Source of the DNA: Calditrichaceae bacterium
GTDB lineage: Bacteria; Calditrichota; Calditrichia; Calditrichales; JBFXGD01
Reading direction: 5' to 3'
DNA length: 64,000 bases
Assembly (NCBI GenBank): GCA_050173015.1
Contig: JBFXLE010000001.1
Coordinates: 1-64,000, forward strand
The translations under genes and the position numbers were made by a program. How positions within the stretch are numbered: the stretch's first letter is position 1; the number at the start of each line of letters is the position of its first letter. Of the stretch, positions 58,027-64,000 are shown in pieces. Below the pieces are notes generated by a model. The model did not search any database. It was given only the letters and a program-made list of their open reading frames with translations, and was not told where the DNA came from.

Positions 58027-58550
58027 GCGTTTAATACTTTATGATTTTATTACCCGGCTGTCGTATTGATCAGACGACTCCGTTAGTAATCATGTTTTTA
58101 GTATTCTTAAAACAGATAGAAACATATAATTGATTTATACATAATAGATCGAAATTTATCTAAACCATTATCAACGGCCCGCGTTCTCTACAATTGAAGC
58201 AAAAAGACAAAAAATGGAATAAAGTTCGATACCATTTTAAGCATCTGAGATGGAAATTTCAAGGGATTGATTATATACGCTCAGACGGACAATCGAATTA
58301 ATACTTTTTCTATACAATTTCTCCTTCCCAGATAATGCTTGCCTTGTCTCTACTTTTTTATCAGTCATAATATTACAAAACTCACTATAAATTTTTGCTT
58401 CCAAATATCATTTGCTTAAATTTAAAAATGCTTTTTTTTATGATAATGTCATCTTGGGACAAGAGCCCTGTCTTTTTCCGACCTCGAATTCAAAAAAAGT
58501 TGAACTTACAAAAAAATATAAACGATCAGCGCCAATCAATACGGGTTAAA

Positions 58551-59480
58551 ATGAAAGTTCTCGTTAAAAATATTATCATCATTCTTTTTATTCTATTAGC
58601 TATTGTAGTAGTCTTTTTGGGGGTTTTGTATAGCCCTGTTTCGAACAGTCATCTATTGTTCAAAAGAGATGGCGCGGCAATTGTGTATGATAGAGATCAG
58701 TTAGCCGGATTGTACAAAGATGAAAATGTTAAGATCTCAAAACTGAATTTTTCAAGAGAAGGTGAATCTCCGCTCAAAAAGGTACTCAATATCATTGTTC
58801 CCCCAAGATTATATCTGTTTGAATTTAAAATTAACAAATACAATTTTAGCGTCAGTCTTGATGAAAAAGGACAAACCGCTAAACAGAGGATCGGCCTGGG
58901 TGACAATTTTTCAATCAATAGCGCCTTTTATGACACCGAAAACAGATCCATTGGAGAAGTTATCGTCAAAGCGAGACAACATGGCCGCAGAACAAACTCA
59001 TCAGGTTTTTTTAAAGTAATAAATGGGGTCGCATGGGTTGGCCCAAGAAGTTTATTTTATAACAAGCGGGGAAAAGTAGAGTACTCCTGCCAGGCCCATC
59101 CCTCCGTTATGAAAAATGGAGTCATTTGGCATTATATCAAAAATGAAACAAATGGCGAAAATTTTAAAGAGAGAACATTCCGGAATCTGAGCGGCATCAA
59201 CGCGGATGGCAACATCGTTTTCCTGGTGTCGGGAGAAGGCGGATTACTTTCCGTCAAGGAAATCAGTCAAATCGCTTTAAAACTAAATATAAAAACAGCC
59301 ACTTTGTTTGACGCGGGAAGCGCGCTACAGTATCAGTTTAATAACAAACATTATCGATTGGGATTTCGTGTATATAACAATGATTTTTATCTGGGCGCGA
59401 AACCGGATGAGCTGATAACAAAAATCATTGGCAGAAAATCATTTAACTCATCACCAGTTTTTATTAACTATAAATACTAA
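58551..59480 (+). CDS. Membrane-anchored phosphodiester glycosidase (NAGPA-like) domain protein
   Basis: N-terminal TM; INSAFY, SSGFF, LFDAGS resemble the family motifs; likely ATG at 58551. Confidence 0.6.
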   Translation: MKVLVKNIIIILFILLAIVVVFLGVLYSPVSNSHLLFKRDGAAIVYDRDQLAGLYKDENVKISKLNFSREGESPLKKVLNIIVPPRLYLFEFKINKYNFSVSLDEKGQTAKQRIGLGDNFSINSAFYDTENRSIGEVIVKARQHGRRTNSSGFFKVINGVAWVGPRSLFYNKRGKVEYSCQAHPSVMKNGVIWHYIKNETNGENFKERTFRNLSGINADGNIVFLVSGEGGLLSVKEISQIALKLNIKTATLFDAGSALQYQFNNKHYRLGFRVYNNDFYLGAKPDELITKIIGRKSFNSSPVFINYKY

Positions 59481-59747
59481 GCAGCGATGCCGGTACCGCC
59501 AAAGTTTAAAAATGATATATTACGATCCAGGAACTATATATGACCGAGGGTACTTCAAGCCGGATTGATATTTTGCCAAAACAGGCATCGTATTTTTCCA
59601 CGCCCCGTCATTTGCGGCTTTCATCAGCTTGAAAGAAACATTCCATAATTTTCATTTTAATGCTTTGAAGAAGTCCCCTCCTTTTAATAGATTAGATCCA
59701 CTTTAGTAAAGTTTTATGCTGTTAATACGATTAAACCGGGGAACAGA

Positions 59748-62069
59748 ATGAAATACATTTTAAGAAAAATATTTCTATTGATGATTTTAATTTTACTGTC
59801 AGGCTGCGCCGGGCCGTCCGATTCAAAAAAGCGGGATGTTCTTGATGAAATGAAAATTTTCGTAACCAAAGAAGAGAACAGAAGCGTCTCATTTACTAAC
59901 AAAGAAGCCGCCTATTACTTTACGCAATCGCATCAAACCAACCATCCGGAACACGCGTATTTTGAAGGATTAAATATCGCGAAAAAAAAGATGTTCTCCG
60001 GATATGAATTATTTGTGGCCGGTGATAAACTGGATAATATGGATTCCCGGGTTTGGGTTTATCCTCACAAACTGCTCAGAAAACACGGCTCAAATGTGAC
60101 CGAAGAGATGTGGTTGTTTGATGATAAGAATATTATGGAAGTGAATATGGAGGGCGCGGATCATCCGATAGGCATACGTTTGAAAGGCGACGGCGTCAAA
60201 TATCTGGGAAATGATACAGCCACCGCCTGGTTTTCATCCTTGGAAGGGGGCAGAATCATCGCGGTGAGCCCGGTAAAATCGTCTGCCGTGGAAGTAATAA
60301 ACTCAATGATTGAAGCCGGTCCCGAAAGCGGGGGATTTTTTATCGCTGTCGGCGACAGCAGGGAAGAAGCGTCGGCGTTAATCCATGATGTTGGTGCAAA
60401 TCTGAATACATACAAAGAGCAGCGTCAAGACAGGATGCGCGGATTGCTTCAGGACAATACTTATATGCTCAGCGATAAGGATTCTTTAAATCTGGGGTTG
60501 AAATGGATTGTCATGACCATGGATCAGCTTCTCACCAAACAACAGGGGTATGGTATTTACGCGGGTCTTCCCTGGTTTAATGAGTACTGGGGCCGGGATG
60601 AATTTATCGCGCTTCCGGGAGCGACTCTGGTAACGGGGCAGTTTGAGTGGGCAAAAAAAATCCTGACCTCCTTTGCCGAATACCAGGAGACGGATACAAA
60701 TTCGGTGTTTTTTGGAAGGGTGCCAAATATTGTCAACCCTGAAAATATCGATTATCATACCACGGACGGCACTCCACGATTTATCATCCAGTTGCGGGAG
60801 TATGTCAAATATTCGGGGGACACATCCATCATAAGGGAGTTGTATCCAAATGTCCGTTACAGCATCGAAGGCGCGCTGAAAAATCGGGTGGATGAAAAAG
60901 GTTTCCTGCTTCATGAGGATAATGAAACATGGATGGATGCCCGGCGGAGTTCTGATCTCATGCCGTATTCGCCGAGAGGCAGCCGCGCCAATGATATTCA
61001 GGCGTTGTGGTACGGTCAGTTGAACGCCGGAATCTATTTTGCCAGGTTTATGAATGACCGCGTGAATGAAGATAAATGGCGGAAGATAGCGGAAAAAGTG
61101 AAATCAAATTTTGTAAAGGATTACCGCGCTGATGAGTACGCGTTTTTAGCGGACCGGCTGGACAGGAAGGATCGTCCCGATTTTAAACTTCGCCCCAATC
61201 AGCTTTTCGCGCTGGATATGATCGATGATGAAGTATTCCGCTGGGAAGTGTCAGGAATTTGCTGGGAAGAGCTGGTTTACCCCTGGGGTGTGGCTTCGCT
61301 GGACAAGCATGATCCCAATTTCCATCCCTTTCATCTGAGTTGGGAAAATTATCATAAGGATGAAGCGTATCACAACGGCACCATATGGCTATGGAATAAC
61401 GGAATCGCCATGCAGCGGATGATCGAGGCCAATCAGCAGGAAACCGCTTATCTGCTGTTCAAAAACATGAACCGGCAGGCCCTGACCATGGGTGTTGTCG
61501 GCGGGATGGCGGAAAATATGGACGCCTATCCGCACCCCGGTGAGAAATGGCCTAAACTGACCGGTACCTATCTGCAGGCATGGTCAAACTCGGAACAACT
61601 GAGAATATGGTATCAGTATTTTCTGGGCATTCGTCCGGATATGATCAATAACACGCTGACTCTGGCGCCCAGGATTCCCTCGGAACTGACCCGGCTCGAT
61701 TATAAATTTTGCGCGGGAAAGGGATTCGTGGAAGCGCAATATTCGGCGGAAAACACAAAGAAATACTCCTACCGGTTTCATCAGATTTCTGCCGCGGCGC
61801 TTGTGGATATTTTTCCGTTCGAAAAGCAATCCGTTCAGATAAATGACGGGGATATGCTGATCATCGAAGAAAAAGAGTCTAATCTGTTTATTAAACTGAT
61901 CAATGAAAAGGGTGATGAACTAAGCGTGATAAATGCGGAGAAATCAGCTGACAGGGTTCAGACTGGTAAACGGCAGCAAGAAATTTTTAAAGGGATCCGT
62001 TTTTGTGAGCCGCTTGACCTCTCCCGTCATCCGGTTTTGAATAAAAAATATAAAGAACAACGGCAGTGA
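59748..62069 (+). CDS. Amylo-alpha-1,6-glucosidase (glycogen-debranching-type) lipoprotein
   Basis: LLSG-C lipobox; AGLPWF..YWGRD, TWMDA, LRPNQL, AYHNGTIW.W, QAWS. Confidence 0.87.
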   Translation: MKYILRKIFLLMILILLSGCAGPSDSKKRDVLDEMKIFVTKEENRSVSFTNKEAAYYFTQSHQTNHPEHAYFEGLNIAKKKMFSGYELFVAGDKLDNMDSRVWVYPHKLLRKHGSNVTEEMWLFDDKNIMEVNMEGADHPIGIRLKGDGVKYLGNDTATAWFSSLEGGRIIAVSPVKSSAVEVINSMIEAGPESGGFFIAVGDSREEASALIHDVGANLNTYKEQRQDRMRGLLQDNTYMLSDKDSLNLGLKWIVMTMDQLLTKQQGYGIYAGLPWFNEYWGRDEFIALPGATLVTGQFEWAKKILTSFAEYQETDTNSVFFGRVPNIVNPENIDYHTTDGTPRFIIQLREYVKYSGDTSIIRELYPNVRYSIEGALKNRVDEKGFLLHEDNETWMDARRSSDLMPYSPRGSRANDIQALWYGQLNAGIYFARFMNDRVNEDKWRKIAEKVKSNFVKDYRADEYAFLADRLDRKDRPDFKLRPNQLFALDMIDDEVFRWEVSGICWEELVYPWGVASLDKHDPNFHPFHLSWENYHKDEAYHNGTIWLWNNGIAMQRMIEANQQETAYLLFKNMNRQALTMGVVGGMAENMDAYPHPGEKWPKLTGTYLQAWSNSEQLRIWYQYFLGIRPDMINNTLTLAPRIPSELTRLDYKFCAGKGFVEAQYSAENTKKYSYRFHQISAAALVDIFPFEKQSVQINDGDMLIIEEKESNLFIKLINEKGDELSVINAEKSADRVQTGKRQQEIFKGIRFCEPLDLSRHPVLNKKYKEQRQ

Positions 62070-62188
62070 CAGATTTTGGGCGGAATTCGTCGCTTTAAGA
62101 ATTTATGTCAAAAAGCGGCATCTCTTTCTTAAAAAGGATGAGTATTAAGTTTTCGGATCGGTGGATTGGTTTTTTTAATGGAGTGGTT

Positions 62189-64000
62189 ATGAGATCAATA
62201 ATTTTGAATGGAATCGTATTAATAGCACTAATGTTTGTCATCGATGCTTATCCCGATAATACGCCAAACGGCGGCAGTCGTCTGTACTCTCCTTCTCAAA
62301 AAATCGCGGTTGACTTTCAGCTGACGGCGGAAGGAGCTCCTGTCTATATGGTGTCTTATCAATCGCGTACAATTATCGACACCTCATCATTGGGATTTAC
62401 TTTTTTAAATCAAAACGCGCTGAAAAACGGATTGGAAATAGACGACATTCTGTTGACAAAAGTGGATGATTCCTGGGAGATGCCCTGGGGGGAGCAGCGC
62501 CATGTGCGAAACAATTACAGCCAGGCGGTCGTGTTTTTGAAAGAAAAGCAGGCTCCGGGAAGAAAATTAATTATATATTTCAGGGCTTATGACGACGGAA
62601 TCGCCTTCAGATATGAATTTCCGGAACAGTCCGCTATAAAGGAAGCGCTGATTACTGATGAATTGACCCAATTCAGGTTATCAGGTGATCATACCTGCTG
62701 GTGGATACCGGGCGACTGGGATATTTATGAACATTTGTACAATACCACGCCGTTCACTGCCATCGACGCGATCAGCAAACGGCATCATGATCCAAACGCG
62801 CAATCATATATTCCCGTCAACGCGGTCAATACTCCGGTAACGATGAGAACAAAAGATGGTTTGTATTTGAGTTTTCATGAGGCGGATTTAACGGATTACG
62901 CCGAAATGACGCTCAAAATTGATAAAGAAAATCTGTCTATGTCGAGCGGGTTGGTGGGATCGGACCGCGCGGACTATAAAGCGAAGCGTTCGGTTCCGTT
63001 TAGGACACCCTGGCGAACCATACAGATTTCAGAAACCGCCGGCGGACTGATTGAATCGAATCTGATCGTAAACCTGAATGAACCCAATAAAATGGGGGAT
63101 GTGTCATGGTTTAAACCGACAAAATATTTGGGTATCTGGTGGGAAATGCATTTGGGGAAGAATACATGGGATATGGCCAGCGGCAGACATGGCGCCACGA
63201 CGGAGAACGCCAAAAAACTGATTGATTTTGCCGCGCGTAACAGGATTGGCGCCATTTTGGTGGAAGGGTGGAACACGGGATGGGAAACCTGGTCGGGGTA
63301 CGATTTTGTAACTCCGTATAAAGATTATGACCTCGCTGAGGTGGTACGATACGGAAAAGAAAAAGGGATCGAGCTGATTATGCATCATGAAACCGCGGGC
63401 GATGTACCGGCATACGAGCAGCAGCTGGACACCGCTTTTACTTTGATGAGTTCACTTGGAACGCATGCGGTAAAAACCGGTTATGTGGGCAAGATAAAAC
63501 CAAAGGGGGAGTATCATCACGGGCAATGGATGGTCAATCACTACCGAAAGGTCATCCAAAAAGCCGCCGAACATCAGGTGGCGGTAAACGCGCATGAGCC
63601 GATAAAAGATACCGGGCTCCGAAGAACCTATCCGAACATCATCTCCAGGGAGGGTGTCAGGGGCCAGGAATATAACGCCTGGAGCTCTGATGGAGGAAAT
63701 CCGCCGGAACATCTCTCCATTGTCGCTTTTACACGGATGCTGGCGGGTCCGATCGATTTCACGCCGGGAGTATTTAATCTGAAGCTGACACCATATAAAG
63801 AAAATAATCAGGTCAATACAACCCTGGCGCATCAGTTGGCCCTGTATGTAGTTATTTACAGCCCGATACAGATGGTCTGTGATTTAATTGAGAATTATGA
63901 GAATCAGCCGGCCTTTCAGTTTATCAGGGATGTTGGTGTGAACTGGGAGCGGACGAAGGTGTTAAATGGCGAAGTGGGGGATTTTGTGACCATCGCCCGG
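62189..64000 (+). CDS. Glycoside hydrolase family 97 (SusB-like alpha-glucosidase), truncated by the window end
   Basis: Absent from the ORF track because it has no stop; KYLGIWWEMH, HGATT, LVEGWN.GW, IMHHET, RTYPN..SREG.RGQEYNAW. Confidence 0.93.
   Translation, partial: MRSIILNGIVLIALMFVIDAYPDNTPNGGSRLYSPSQKIAVDFQLTAEGAPVYMVSYQSRTIIDTSSLGFTFLNQNALKNGLEIDDILLTKVDDSWEMPWGEQRHVRNNYSQAVVFLKEKQAPGRKLIIYFRAYDDGIAFRYEFPEQSAIKEALITDELTQFRLSGDHTCWWIPGDWDIYEHLYNTTPFTAIDAISKRHHDPNAQSYIPVNAVNTPVTMRTKDGLYLSFHEADLTDYAEMTLKIDKENLSMSSGLVGSDRADYKAKRSVPFRTPWRTIQISETAGGLIESNLIVNLNEPNKMGDVSWFKPTKYLGIWWEMHLGKNTWDMASGRHGATTENAKKLIDFAARNRIGAILVEGWNTGWETWSGYDFVTPYKDYDLAEVVRYGKEKGIELIMHHETAGDVPAYEQQLDTAFTLMSSLGTHAVKTGYVGKIKPKGEYHHGQWMVNHYRKVIQKAAEHQVAVNAHEPIKDTGLRRTYPNIISREGVRGQEYNAWSSDGGNPPEHLSIVAFTRMLAGPIDFTPGVFNLKLTPYKENNQVNTTLAHQLALYVVIYSPIQMVCDLIENYENQPAFQFIRDVGVNWERTKVLNGEVGDFVTIAR

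Noticed and set aside
62974-63832. Minus-strand ORFs at the window end
   Set aside because: Antisense shadows of the plus-strand GH97 gene that the ORF track omitted.

Overview
Bacterial chromosomal window, probably from an anaerobe or facultative anaerobe; taxon not determinable from the sequence alone. No rRNA, tRNA, CRISPR array or integrase was seen. Contents in order: (1) an MNIO (DUF692) RiPP cluster of the HvfA/bufferin type whose precursor has duplicated AEAKCGEGKCG cores; its promoter motif TGYAAG-N17-GTCTAA recurs twice at an ECF sigma/anti-sigma/Spy-CpxP locus 11 kb away; (2) a ~1 kb tandem array of REP-derived hairpins related to the REPs of a RAYT transposase inside the type I RM locus; (3) an AT-rich integrase-less integron cassette array (CALIN) with attC sites separating a DUF3800 gene, a membrane-anchored HerA ATPase and an atypical Mug/UDG-like gene, directly before hsdM-hsdS-RAYT-hsdR and a relic of a second hsdR; (4) a cytochrome-associated Rnf operon with degenerate RnfC/RnfD flavin motifs and RnfB fused to a GltD/NfnB-like flavoprotein, under a sigma54 promoter architecture that is repeated in front of a neighbouring radical SAM gene; (5) an AbiE type IV TA pair, a MacAB-like ABC exporter, a repeat patchwork, an RqlH/RqlI-like RecQ-PRTase plus DprA pair, and alpha-glucan hydrolases (debranching-type and a GH97 running off the window end). 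All family calls come from motif recognition by eye, not database searches.
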